A stretch of 64,000 bases of DNA from Candidatus Kapaibacterium sp. (GTDB taxonomy: Bacteria > Bacteroidota > Ignavibacteria > Kapaibacteriales > UBA2268): contig OY762428.1 in NCBI GenBank assembly GCA_963665665.1, forward strand, positions 5,216,001 through 5,280,000, written 5' to 3'. The notes beneath the pieces were generated by a model. It saw only the letters and a list, made by a program, of their open reading frames with translations, searched no databases and was not told the origin of the DNA. The translations under genes and the position numbers were made by a program. Of the stretch, positions 9,092 through 18,759 are shown in pieces. Every line of letters starts with the position of its first letter. Position 1 is the stretch's first letter.

Positions 9092-10924
9092 ATGTGCGGA
9101 ATTGTTGGTTATATCGGAAGTCAGAATGCAGCCGGATTATTGATGAACGGACTTAAAAGGCTGGAATACAGGGGGTACGATTCGGCAGGAATATCTTTAA
9201 TTGAAAATGGCGAGATCAAAACATTCAAGCAGGCAGGTAAAGTTAGCGATCTGGCAGATAATCTTGAATACGACAAATTGAAATCCACAATAGGAATTTC
9301 TCATACACGATGGGCAACCCACGGATTTCCTAACGATGTTAATGCTCACCCTCATACCGATATGAGCGGTAAGATCAGCATTGTCCATAATGGTATTGTT
9401 GAAAACTATGCTGCTATAAAAACAAGCTTGCAAAGGGACGGCTATACATTCAGGTCGGATACTGATTCTGAAGTTCTTGCAGTATTTATCGGGGCGATAT
9501 ATGATAAAACCGGCGATCTTGAAAAATCTGTTCGCTACGCTTTGAACGAAGTTGACGGAACATTTGGGATTTGCGTGGTTTCAAGCCACGACCCTAACCT
9601 TTTGATTGCTGCAAGAAGGGGCAGTCCTATGGTACTCGGCGTATGCAAAGGGGAGTATATTGTTGGATCGGATGCTGCTGCAATTATTCAGCATACACGC
9701 CAGGTTATATATCTTTCTGATAATGAAATGGCTGTTCTAAGACGTGAGGGATACACAACAAAAACTATTCACAACGAAAAAACACAGAATGAAGTTTATG
9801 AATTGGAATTTGACATCGACCAGATAGAGAAGTCCGGTTATGAACACTTTATGCTGAAAGAAATTTACGAGCAGCCAGAGACAATCCAGGATGCTTTCCG
9901 AGGCAGGCTTCTCGTAGACCAGGGAAATGTTAAGCTTGGCGGCCTGCGTCCGGTTCTTGATAAACTCAGGGACGCAAAGAGAATTATATTCACTGCATGT
10001 GGCACTTCATGGCATGCAGCCCTGGTTGGTGAATATATGATAGAAGCCCTTGCCGGCATTCCCGTTGAAGTGGAGTATGCTTCTGAATTCAGATACCGCA
10101 GCCCTGTTCTTTTCCCGGAAGATGTGGTTATTGCAATATCCCAAAGCGGCGAAACAGCAGATACTCTTGCAGCAGTGAAAGAAGCAAGGCAAAAAGGTGC
10201 AACTGTTCTTGGCCTTGTGAATGTTGTTGGCAGTACCATAGCCCGCGAAACAGAAGCGGGTACTTATATTCATGCCGGGCCGGAAATCGGAGTTGCCTCC
10301 ACAAAAGCATTTTCATCCCAGCTTATAGTATTATCATTATTAGCTTTGCAGCTTGGCAGAATGAAAAACCTTTCCCAGCTTGACGGAAAGAAAATTGCCC
10401 GTGAAATTCAGCTGCTGCCCGAAAAAATTAAAAAAATTCTTGCTACCGACGAGGAAATAAAGAAAATTGCGAAAGAATATTCCGCAGCAAAGAACTTTAT
10501 TTACCTCGGACGCGGATATAATTTTCCGGCAGCCCTCGAAGGTGCTCTGAAATTGAAAGAAATATCGTATATCCATGCAGAAGGTTACCCGGCAGCTGAA
10601 ATGAAACACGGCCCGATAGCTTTGATAGACGAGAATATGCCCGTAGTTTTCATAGCAACTCACGATGAAATTTACGACAAAATAATCTCGAACATCGAAG
10701 AAGTCCGTGCGAGAAAAGGCAAAGTTATAGCCATAGCAACTGAAGGGGACGAGAGAATAAAGGAAGTAGCAAACCATGTGATCTATATCCCGGATTCCCT
10801 GCCGATGCTGGCCCCGCTGCTTGCAGTTATTCCTTTCCAGCTTCTTGCATATCATATTGCAGTTGAACTTGGCTGCAATGTGGATCAGCCACGAAACCTG
10901 GCGAAATCAGTAACAGTTGAGTAA
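9092..10924 (+). CDS. glmS: glutamine--fructose-6-phosphate aminotransferase
   Basis: MCGIVGY, RLEYRGYDSAG, HTRWATHG, C-terminal QPRNLAKSVTVE. Confidence 0.99.
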   Translation: MCGIVGYIGSQNAAGLLMNGLKRLEYRGYDSAGISLIENGEIKTFKQAGKVSDLADNLEYDKLKSTIGISHTRWATHGFPNDVNAHPHTDMSGKISIVHNGIVENYAAIKTSLQRDGYTFRSDTDSEVLAVFIGAIYDKTGDLEKSVRYALNEVDGTFGICVVSSHDPNLLIAARRGSPMVLGVCKGEYIVGSDAAAIIQHTRQVIYLSDNEMAVLRREGYTTKTIHNEKTQNEVYELEFDIDQIEKSGYEHFMLKEIYEQPETIQDAFRGRLLVDQGNVKLGGLRPVLDKLRDAKRIIFTACGTSWHAALVGEYMIEALAGIPVEVEYASEFRYRSPVLFPEDVVIAISQSGETADTLAAVKEARQKGATVLGLVNVVGSTIARETEAGTYIHAGPEIGVASTKAFSSQLIVLSLLALQLGRMKNLSQLDGKKIAREIQLLPEKIKKILATDEEIKKIAKEYSAAKNFIYLGRGYNFPAALEGALKLKEISYIHAEGYPAAEMKHGPIALIDENMPVVFIATHDEIYDKIISNIEEVRARKGKVIAIATEGDERIKEVANHVIYIPDSLPMLAPLLAVIPFQLLAYHIAVELGCNVDQPRNLAKSVTVE

Positions 10925-11296
10925 AGTGATTATTTTTCTGTTGGAGTCTCTTTACTCTCATTTTAGAATAATTGATAATATAAGAATGAAAATTCAATAG
11001 GGAAACTGTATCCTTGATGTTGTATTTGTTGATTGAGTTTTAGAAAAATGAAAGTTTATTGCAACTAAGTAATTGAAATATATAGTTTTCATTAAATGTT
11101 AAGATCAAAGTAGCACTCAATTTTTATAAGTGAAGCTATAAAGAATTTAATTTGATGAATAATTCGGGGCAAAGAATCAAGGAAAACCCTCAGAAGCTGA
11201 GTAAAGAATACTTATACTCCGCATAATTTGGGTTTTATCCCCGTGATTATATTTCCAACTGGCTTGGAAGATTTATTTATTACGTTGGAGTTTATC

Positions 11297-13741
11297 GTGA
11301 AAAATATTGCAATTATTTTATTAATATCATTATTTTCTTTACAATTCAATATTTCAGCCCGAGAGAGCGGAGCGCTCTGTAGCTGGGGATCTTTTCAATT
11401 TGGAGAACTTGGAATCGGGGAGGATTCATGGACTCCGGAGAAATTAACTGATCAAAACGATTGGGTATCAGTTGAATGTGGTACACAACACACACTTGCA
11501 ATAAAAGAAGATGGTACGCTGTGGGGGTGGGGTGGTAATCCTTACGGTCAATTAGGTGATGGAACATTTTTTACCAGTTTAATACCAATACAGATTGGCC
11601 TTGATAATGACTGGTCCGTTGTGTCATGCGGAATGAATCATTCGGTAGCAATAAAAACTGACGGATCGCTCTGGGCATGGGGAAGAAATTCTTATGGACA
11701 GGTTGGTGATGGATCAATCATGGATAGGAATATTCCGAGAAAAATTGGAAATACTTCTGACTGGAAATCAATTTCATGCGGCTGTTTTTATACCATTGCA
11801 ATAAAAACTGACGGATCACTTTGGGGTTGGGGACGAAATACTTTTGGTGAGATTGGTGTGGAATCAAGGAGAGACATAAACCAACCAATACAAATTGGAA
11901 CAAGTAATGATTGGGAAAAAGTAGCATGTGGAGCTCATTTTTCGTTGGCAATAAAAACAGATAGCTCCCTTTGGGCTTGGGGTGCCGGACCTCTGGGAAA
12001 TGGAACTGATGACGATCATTTTATTCCTGTCCGAATAGGACACGATAATACCTGGTCTTCTATTGATTGTGGTTATCATCATTCCATAGCACTGAAATCG
12101 GATGGTACTCTTTGGTGTTGGGGAGATAACGAATATGGTCAACTTGGCGATAGCAGCAATTCAGAATCAAAAATTCCTTTGTTAGTTGATAACAACAAAA
12201 AATTCAGATCGGTTTTTTCAGGATATAATAATTCCTTTGCTGTTGAATCGGATGGTACTCTTTGGGCCTGGGGGGATAATAGGTTTGGTAAACTGGGTAA
12301 CGGAATACCCGAAAATATTAATTTTCCGATTAAAATCGGAGAATCCAAAGACTGGTTGCATATAACTGGAAGTAGCGGAAAAACAATTGCCATAAAATCT
12401 GATGGTTCTTTATGGACTTGGGGAATTGGAGTGCTTGGAGAAAGGGAAAGAACAAGTAAAAATTCGATTTATAATATTGGAAAAGATATTGACTGGCATT
12501 CTGTAGATTGTGGTTATCATCATACTTTGGCTATAAAAAAAGACGGCTCGCTTTGGGCCTGGGGATATAATTCTTTTGGGCAACTCGGTGATGGTTCTTA
12601 TGTTGATAAAAATATTCCTGTTCGTATAGGTAACGATTATGATTGGTCTGTTGTTACTTGCGGGTCAAATTTTTCTGTTGCGATTAAAACAGATGGCTCA
12701 CTTTGGGCTTGGGGAAATAACTATTATGGCCAATTCGGGAACGGATCGAATACAGATAGTAATGTTCCTGTTCGTTGTGGCAATGATAACGACTGGAATT
12801 CCGTTGCTTGTGGAAGTTCTCATACTGTAGCAATAAAAACTGACGGTTCACTTTGGGTTTGGGGCCAGAATTTTTTTGGAAATTTGGGAGATGGTACAGA
12901 AGAGCATAAATATTTACCCGTTCAAATATGCGATAGCATTAAATGGAAAGCCGTATCTTGTGGGTATGCACATACTATAGCTTTATCAAGAAATGGTGAA
13001 TTATGGTCCTGGGGATTAAATAGCAATGGTCAACTGGGTAATGAAAATATTTCATATAATGTTGTTGTTCCCATTCAAATCGGAGAAAGTAGCAACTGGG
13101 AAGCCATATCATGCGGAAGTTATTTTTCTGTTGGTATAAGAACTGATGGTACTCTTTGGTCTTGGGGAAATAATAAATACGGCCAACTTGGCGATAGTTT
13201 AAGGCAAAAATATAAAATTCCAGGTCAAATTGGCTACGATACTAATTGGTCATTTATAAAATGTGGACATGAACATTCCGTTGCATTAAAAAATGATTAT
13301 TCCTTATGGACATGGGGACAAAATAATTACGGTCAAATTGGTGACAGAACTTATGAAAATAAAAAAGTTCCGACAAGAATTGGCAAAGATAATAATTGGT
13401 TATATATTTCTGCCGGCGGCTATCATACAATGGCTATAGGAGTAAACCCAGTAGCAGTTATTGATAAAAATAAAATTGAGGATAATTTTGCTCTGTTCTG
13501 CATTCCCAACCCTGTAGCAGAAAGTACAACTATACACTATTACCTTCCGGCTACAGCCGAAGTTTCAATTAAAGTTTATTCAATAACCGGAGAATTAACC
13601 CGGAAAATAGATTTAGGTGTTGTTTCAGTTGGTGATCATTTTGTTTTATTTGATACAAATATACTTTCCAATGGGGTATATAATATTCAGTTAATTGCAG
13701 GAAAATATTCAGTTAATAAATTAATGGTTGTTCAGAAATAA
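11297..13741 (+). CDS. RCC1/BLIP-II repeat beta-propeller protein with T9SS C-terminal sorting domain
   Basis: about 14 repeats of xDGxLWxWG(xNxxGQLG); signal peptide from GTG 11297 with upstream GGAG; CTD IPNP...GVYNIQL...KLMVVQK. Confidence 0.88.
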   Translation: MKNIAIILLISLFSLQFNISARESGALCSWGSFQFGELGIGEDSWTPEKLTDQNDWVSVECGTQHTLAIKEDGTLWGWGGNPYGQLGDGTFFTSLIPIQIGLDNDWSVVSCGMNHSVAIKTDGSLWAWGRNSYGQVGDGSIMDRNIPRKIGNTSDWKSISCGCFYTIAIKTDGSLWGWGRNTFGEIGVESRRDINQPIQIGTSNDWEKVACGAHFSLAIKTDSSLWAWGAGPLGNGTDDDHFIPVRIGHDNTWSSIDCGYHHSIALKSDGTLWCWGDNEYGQLGDSSNSESKIPLLVDNNKKFRSVFSGYNNSFAVESDGTLWAWGDNRFGKLGNGIPENINFPIKIGESKDWLHITGSSGKTIAIKSDGSLWTWGIGVLGERERTSKNSIYNIGKDIDWHSVDCGYHHTLAIKKDGSLWAWGYNSFGQLGDGSYVDKNIPVRIGNDYDWSVVTCGSNFSVAIKTDGSLWAWGNNYYGQFGNGSNTDSNVPVRCGNDNDWNSVACGSSHTVAIKTDGSLWVWGQNFFGNLGDGTEEHKYLPVQICDSIKWKAVSCGYAHTIALSRNGELWSWGLNSNGQLGNENISYNVVVPIQIGESSNWEAISCGSYFSVGIRTDGTLWSWGNNKYGQLGDSLRQKYKIPGQIGYDTNWSFIKCGHEHSVALKNDYSLWTWGQNNYGQIGDRTYENKKVPTRIGKDNNWLYISAGGYHTMAIGVNPVAVIDKNKIEDNFALFCIPNPVAESTTIHYYLPATAEVSIKVYSITGELTRKIDLGVVSVGDHFVLFDTNILSNGVYNIQLIAGKYSVNKLMVVQK

Positions 13742-13787
13742 TTCTCAATAAACAACTTATACATTGAATTCAAAAGATAAAAAAATA

Positions 13788-13816
13788 AAAGCCCGGTTGA
13801 TAATCAGCCGGGCTTT
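13788..13816. terminator. bidirectional intrinsic terminator between the RCC1 gene and pnp
   Basis: AAAGCCCGG-loop-CCGGGCTTT between convergent genes. Confidence 0.85.
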
Positions 13817-13841
13817 AAAAATATAATGGTCTCAGATATTA

Positions 13842-16115
13842 TTATCTGTTCCTGTTATCTCTTCTCGGAGGACGTCTGTCCCTGTCGCCGCCGGGCTTGC
13901 GATAATTATCGCGCCTGCCGCCGCGGTCGCGGTCGCGGTCGTTATATCTATTATTATCTCTTCTCGGAGGACGTCTGTCGTAATCGTCACTTTCAACCCA
14001 TCCTTCGGGTTTGGGAAGGAGTACTTTACGGCTGAGTTTAAATTTACCGTCGCGAGTAATATCAAGGAGTTTTATCTCGATTGTATCACCGGCATTCAGG
14101 TATTCAGCTACGTCTTCAACTCTTTCTCTTGCAATCTGGGAAATATGCAGAAGGCCTACCTTGCCGGGCATAAATTCAACCAGTGCGCCAAGTCCTTCCC
14201 TGATCTCTTTTACTTTACCCTCGTAAACTTTACCAATTTCAGGTTTTGCAGTAATGGCTTCAATCCATTCTTTTGCTTTCTCGGCAGCGTCGCCTGATGT
14301 AGCAGCAATTGTAATTACACCATCGTCGTCAATATTAATATCTGTTTCTGTATCCTTGCAGATAGCCCTGATAGTTTCACCACCAGGCCCTATTACTGCG
14401 CCAATCTGATCCTGATCTACAGTCATTCTTGTAAATCGGGGGGCATAGTTGGAAAGGTCTTCCCTCGGTGCTTCAATAGCTTCAGCCATCTTCCCAAGTA
14501 TATGTAGTCTGCCTGCTTTTGCTTGGTTAAGAGCTTTCGTCATGATATCAACAGAAAGGCCGTCGATTTTAATATCCATCTGGCATGCAGTGATACCGTC
14601 AACGGTACCTGTTACTTTAAAGTCCATATCGCCAAGGTGATCTTCGTCGCCAAGAATATCACTAAGTATAGCAACGCCTTCACCCTCTTTGATAAGTCCC
14701 ATTGCAATACCTGCAACAGGTTTTTTCATCGGGATACCTGCATCAAACATTGATAAACTTCCGGCACATACTGTTGCCATTGAAGAAGATCCGTTTGATT
14801 CAAGAATGTCAGATACAACTCTGATCGAGTATGGGAAATCACCATTACCGGGAAGCATACCCTTGAGCGCTCTCCATGCAAGATGCCCGTGCCCGATTTC
14901 TCTTCTGCCAACGCCCAATCTTTTAACTTCGCCAGTAGAGAAAGGCGGGAAATTATAATGAAGAATAAATCTTTCAGTATAGGTGGGGAGGAGGCCGTCA
15001 ATCATCTGTTCATCTCTGGAAGTACCAAGAGTAGCAGTTGACAGCGACTGTGTTTCGCCCCTTGTAAATAATGCGGAACCATGAGTTCTCGGCAGAATTC
15101 CAACTTCGCATTTAATATCCCTGATCTCGTCGAGTTTACGTCCGTCAAGACGTACCTGCTCTTCGATGATCATTTTTCTCATTTTATCTTTTTCAATATC
15201 TTCAAGCACTGTTTTTGCATATTTTTCAACAGGTACTTCTTCAAATTCTTCTTTTTCCGCGAATTCTTCAGCAACTGCTTCAACAACCTTTTCTTTAAGA
15301 TCGCGCCTGATCTTGGAACGTTCTTTCTTTGAAGTAGGTTTATGAATATATTCGTCCACGTCGTCGCTAATTAGGTTGGTAACGAAATCAACGATTTCTT
15401 CAGGTATTTCAGTTACTTCAACTTCAACTTTTTCCTGGGATGCCATTGTGACTAATTCACGCTGAAGATTGTTCAGAGTACGGATATGCACGTGTGCAAA
15501 ATCCAGGGCACCAAGGAAAACTTCCTCTGAAACTTCGTCGAATTCACCTTCAACCATAACAATTGATTCGTCCGAACCGGCAACTGTAATGTCCATTTCG
15601 GATTTTTCAAGAAGTTCGAACGATGGATTTAATACGTATTCTCCTTCAACCCTGCCGATTCTAACTTCTGCAATTGGCCCGGCAAAAGGAATGTCGGAAA
15701 TCATAAGAGCAGCAGAAGCGCCAAGTGCTCCGAGCGTGTCCGGATCAACTTCCGGATCGAAAGAAAATACTGTTGCGAGTATTTGTGTTTCATAATACCA
15801 GCCTTTTGGAAACAGAGGCCTGATAGGCCTGTCAATAAGCCTTGATGATAAAATTTCCTTTTCAGAAGGCCTTCCTTCTCTTTTCAGGAAGCCACCCGGG
15901 AATTTACCCGAAGAAGCTGTTTTTTCCCTGTACTCAACCTGCAGGGGCAGGAAGCCTGCATCAGGAATAGGATCCTTGGATGCAACTGCTGTAACTAAGA
16001 CCATACTGTCGCCGGCCCTAACCATAACGGAACCATTTGCAAACCTGGCCATTTTGCCGGTTTCCAGCGAGTAAGTTTTTCCGTCTAATTCAATGGATAC
16101 TTTGTGTTCTGCCAT
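13842..16115 (-). CDS. pnp: polyribonucleotide nucleotidyltransferase (PNPase)
   Basis: PGGFLKREGRP, RLIDRPIRP, ESNGSSSMA, DHLGDMDFKV, KH and S1 domains, Arg/Asp-rich tail. Confidence 0.99.
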   Translation of the reverse strand: MAEHKVSIELDGKTYSLETGKMARFANGSVMVRAGDSMVLVTAVASKDPIPDAGFLPLQVEYREKTASSGKFPGGFLKREGRPSEKEILSSRLIDRPIRPLFPKGWYYETQILATVFSFDPEVDPDTLGALGASAALMISDIPFAGPIAEVRIGRVEGEYVLNPSFELLEKSEMDITVAGSDESIVMVEGEFDEVSEEVFLGALDFAHVHIRTLNNLQRELVTMASQEKVEVEVTEIPEEIVDFVTNLISDDVDEYIHKPTSKKERSKIRRDLKEKVVEAVAEEFAEKEEFEEVPVEKYAKTVLEDIEKDKMRKMIIEEQVRLDGRKLDEIRDIKCEVGILPRTHGSALFTRGETQSLSTATLGTSRDEQMIDGLLPTYTERFILHYNFPPFSTGEVKRLGVGRREIGHGHLAWRALKGMLPGNGDFPYSIRVVSDILESNGSSSMATVCAGSLSMFDAGIPMKKPVAGIAMGLIKEGEGVAILSDILGDEDHLGDMDFKVTGTVDGITACQMDIKIDGLSVDIMTKALNQAKAGRLHILGKMAEAIEAPREDLSNYAPRFTRMTVDQDQIGAVIGPGGETIRAICKDTETDINIDDDGVITIAATSGDAAEKAKEWIEAITAKPEIGKVYEGKVKEIREGLGALVEFMPGKVGLLHISQIARERVEDVAEYLNAGDTIEIKLLDITRDGKFKLSRKVLLPKPEGWVESDDYDRRPPRRDNNRYNDRDRDRGGRRDNYRKPGGDRDRRPPRRDNRNR

Positions 16116-16172
16116 ATAATTCAATTCTCAAAAAAATAAATCATTTATTAAAATATCAGTTTCAGTATATAC

Positions 16173-16199
16173 AAAAAAACGGCGTAGCCGCCGTTTTTT
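16173..16199 (-). terminator. terminator/hairpin between rpsO and pnp
   Basis: AAAAAAACGGCG-TAGC-CGCCGTTTTTT. Confidence 0.8.
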
Positions 16200-16206
16200 C
16201 AAGAAT

Positions 16207-16473
16207 TTACTTACGAAGTTTAAGCGCTTTCAGGATAGCCCTGTAGCGTTCAATGTCTGTCTTGATCAGGTAATCAAGAAGCTTCCTGCGTTTGCTAACA
16301 AGTTTTATCAGGCCGCGGCGGCTGTGATTGTCTTTCTTGTGTGATAGCAGGTGCTGGGTTATATCATTGATCCTGGCTGTGAGAAGCGCAATCTGAACCT
16401 CGGCTTTACCGCTGTTCTTGGTCTCACCACCGAATTTCTCGATGATACCCGCTTTTTCTTCTTTAGTAATCAT
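16207..16473 (-). CDS. rpsO: 30S ribosomal protein S15
   Basis: [32 protein letters not shown]. Confidence 0.98.
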   Translation of the reverse strand: MITKEEKAGIIEKFGGETKNSGKAEVQIALLTARINDITQHLLSHKKDNHSRRGLIKLVSKRRKLLDYLIKTDIERYRAILKALKLRK

Positions 16474-16570
16474 TTCAAATCTCCAAATAGTGATTATTTT
16501 ATCAAAACTCAGATAACTTACAAAATTAGTTAATATTTCTTATAAAGCCAAATAATACTTGCAATTTGTT

Positions 16571-17515
16571 CTAATTCTCTTTTTCTTTTATTCTGTTATG
16601 GCATTCCTGCCGATCCTTTTTCAGTTGATTAAGGAACTCATCTTTTCCGGAGAATTTCTCTTCATGGCGTATAAATGAGTGGAATTCAATAGTTAAGTCT
16701 TCATCATAAATATCCTGGTCGAAATCAAAAAAGTTTATTTCAAGAACTGACTGAATATCATCAGTAAACGTAGGGCGGAATCCGATATTTGCCATACCGT
16801 AGTATCTTTTGCCATGTATTATTGAGGATACAAGATAAACACCGTTTCCGGGCATAAGTTTATTTTCCTCGTAAGGGCGAATATTGGCTGTTGGTATCCC
16901 AAGAGTTCTGCCCCTGCCATCTCCGCGGACAACCCGTCCATAAACATAATAGTCATATCCAAGCATCTCGTTTGCTATCGAAACATTAGAGTCGGAAATG
17001 TGATTTCGGATTTTTGTACTGGATATAATTATATCTTTGTTTTGCAGGGCAGGCATTTTTTCTACTGAAAACTGTAATTCACGGCTTAACTCATCAAGAA
17101 GCAGGGGAGTGCCTTTCCTGTTTTTACCGAACATGTGGTCGTACCCGATAAGAATTTTTTTCATTCCGACTTGTCCGTGAATATAGTCGCGAATAAAAAT
17201 ATCCGGGGGTGTTTTAGCAAATTCTTTTGAAAATGGAATTATCAATAGATGTTTAATACCCAGCTTTTCGAAAATAATTATTCTTTCTTCAATTGATGTC
17301 AGAAGCTTAACAGGGGGGAGGCCGTCTTTTTTCAGGACTATTTGCGGATGCGGGTAAATTGTCATTGCAACAGCACGGAGATCGTCTTTAGCAGCAATTT
17401 TCATCAGCCTGTCCAGAATTAACTGGTGTCCTTTGTGAACGCCGTCGAAAGTACCCAGGGTAACGACCGTGTTTTCGTTTCTTTCAATTTCTTCGAATGA
17501 CCTGTATATTCTCAT
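16571..17515 (-). CDS. ribF: bifunctional riboflavin kinase/FAD synthetase
   Basis: GTFDGVHKGHQ, GYDHMFG, ISSTKIR, GRTLGIPTAN, NIGFRPT. Confidence 0.96.
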   Translation of the reverse strand: MRIYRSFEEIERNENTVVTLGTFDGVHKGHQLILDRLMKIAAKDDLRAVAMTIYPHPQIVLKKDGLPPVKLLTSIEERIIIFEKLGIKHLLIIPFSKEFAKTPPDIFIRDYIHGQVGMKKILIGYDHMFGKNRKGTPLLLDELSRELQFSVEKMPALQNKDIIISSTKIRNHISDSNVSIANEMLGYDYYVYGRVVRGDGRGRTLGIPTANIRPYEENKLMPGNGVYLVSSIIHGKRYYGMANIGFRPTFTDDIQSVLEINFFDFDQDIYDEDLTIEFHSFIRHEEKFSGKDEFLNQLKKDRQECHNRIKEKEN

Positions 17516-17550
17516 TTTCTTTTCAGTATATCCGGATGTTCGCATATAAA

Positions 17551-18282
17551 TTAATCTGTAAATGTCTTTTTATGTTTTTCCATTAACTCAACCATATCGG
17601 AAATTGTAAGAGCTTCAGCAACATTGTATTCACCGATATCAGTTCTCCTGAGAGCAAGAAGATAGCCTCCTGTTTCAAGTGTATTGCCAATGTCTCTGGC
17701 CAATGCCCTGATATAAGTGCCCTTGGAACATTCCACTTCAATATCAATCAGGGGATTATCGAATGAGTTCATTTTCAGGGTATGAATTTCCACTTCAACA
17801 GCTTCTATCTCTATTTCCTGATTCTTTCTGGCAAGCTTGTAAAGTCTTTTTCCTTTTACTTTCTTAGCAGAAAATATAGGTGGTTTCTGCATTATTTTAC
17901 CGGTATACTCCGGCAGCACCTTATTAACCATTTCATGAGTAATATGTGAACTGTCGGTTATATTTTCTTCCTCGCCTTCGGAATCATCTGTTTTAGTTGT
18001 AGCACCAAGTTTAATCACACCACTGTATTTTTTGGGAAGATTCTGGTAGTTGACAATAGTCTTTGTTGCTTTTCCAAAGCAGAGAATCAAAAGGCCTGTG
18101 GCCAGTGGATCCAGAGTACCGGCATGGCCAATTTTTTTGATATTCAGAAGGGGCCTGAGCTTTCCGATCACATCAAATGAAGTCCAGTCCGTACTTTTAT
18201 CAATCAGGGCCACAGCTCCGGTTGATTTTGCTTCTTTTAGCCAGAATGAGAAATTGTCTTTGTTTGATTTTGTGAGTATCAT
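17551..18282 (-). CDS. truB: tRNA pseudouridine(55) synthase
   Basis: KIGHAGTLDPLATG, SKGTYIRALARDIG. Confidence 0.97.
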   Translation of the reverse strand: MILTKSNKDNFSFWLKEAKSTGAVALIDKSTDWTSFDVIGKLRPLLNIKKIGHAGTLDPLATGLLILCFGKATKTIVNYQNLPKKYSGVIKLGATTKTDDSEGEEENITDSSHITHEMVNKVLPEYTGKIMQKPPIFSAKKVKGKRLYKLARKNQEIEIEAVEVEIHTLKMNSFDNPLIDIEVECSKGTYIRALARDIGNTLETGGYLLALRRTDIGEYNVAEALTISDMVELMEKHKKTFTD

Positions 18283-18653
18283 TATTCCGCGTCGTTATTT
18301 TCTTCAGTTTGTTCGGTTTTCTTAACAGAATCCAGCAGATCCTGAATTTTGTCCATCTGATCGAGTGTGTCGTCAAGGAAAAATCTGATCTCGGGGGTTT
18401 TTCTGGTTCTAATACTTCTGCCTAAAATTGAGCGAATATATCCGGCCTTAGCTTCCAAAACATTGATAAAGGCCGCGGGAGTTGTTTTTCCCCCGTAAAT
18501 ACTGACATATATTTTTGCAACGGAAAGGTCGCGCGAAAGCCGGACACTTGTTATGGTAACAAGCCCTGCATTTTTTTCCTCGGCAATTTCACTTATTGGC
18601 CTTGACAAGGATTTTTTTATTACGCTGGAAACTTTGTCTGCTCTGATTGACAT
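18282..18653 (-). CDS. rbfA: ribosome-binding factor A
   Basis: LSRDLSVAKIYVS, RKTPEIRFFLD; between infB and truB. Confidence 0.93.
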   Translation of the reverse strand: MSIRADKVSSVIKKSLSRPISEIAEEKNAGLVTITSVRLSRDLSVAKIYVSIYGGKTTPAAFINVLEAKAGYIRSILGRSIRTRKTPEIRFFLDDTLDQMDKIQDLLDSVKKTEQTEENNDAE

Positions 18654-18697
18654 TTTATTCCGTCCATTTTATTATCTATAAATAATTCAATTACTAA

Positions 18698-18740
18698 TTT
18701 GCCGAAAAGCATTCAATAGAGTTGACTGCTTTCCGGCAAA
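18698..18740 (-). terminator. stem-loop between infB and rbfA
   Basis: TTTGCCGAAAAGCA...TGCTTTCCGGCAAA imperfect inverted repeat. Confidence 0.55.
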
Positions 18741-18759
18741 AAATATTGTTTACTTTCTT

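Noticed and set aside
10925-11296. Tn7-like insertion at the attTn7 site downstream of glmS
   Set aside because: No recognisable Tn7 end repeats, target duplication or tns genes; only a single RCC1 gene follows
11400-13440. Diversity-generating retroelement TR/VR among the RCC1 repeats
   Set aside because: Repeats diverge at all bases as ordinary protein repeats; no reverse transcriptase in the window
13826-14065. Short Cys/Arg-rich ORFs with an internal repeat
   Set aside because: Shadow frames of the low-complexity PNPase tail (DRRPPRRDN occurs twice)
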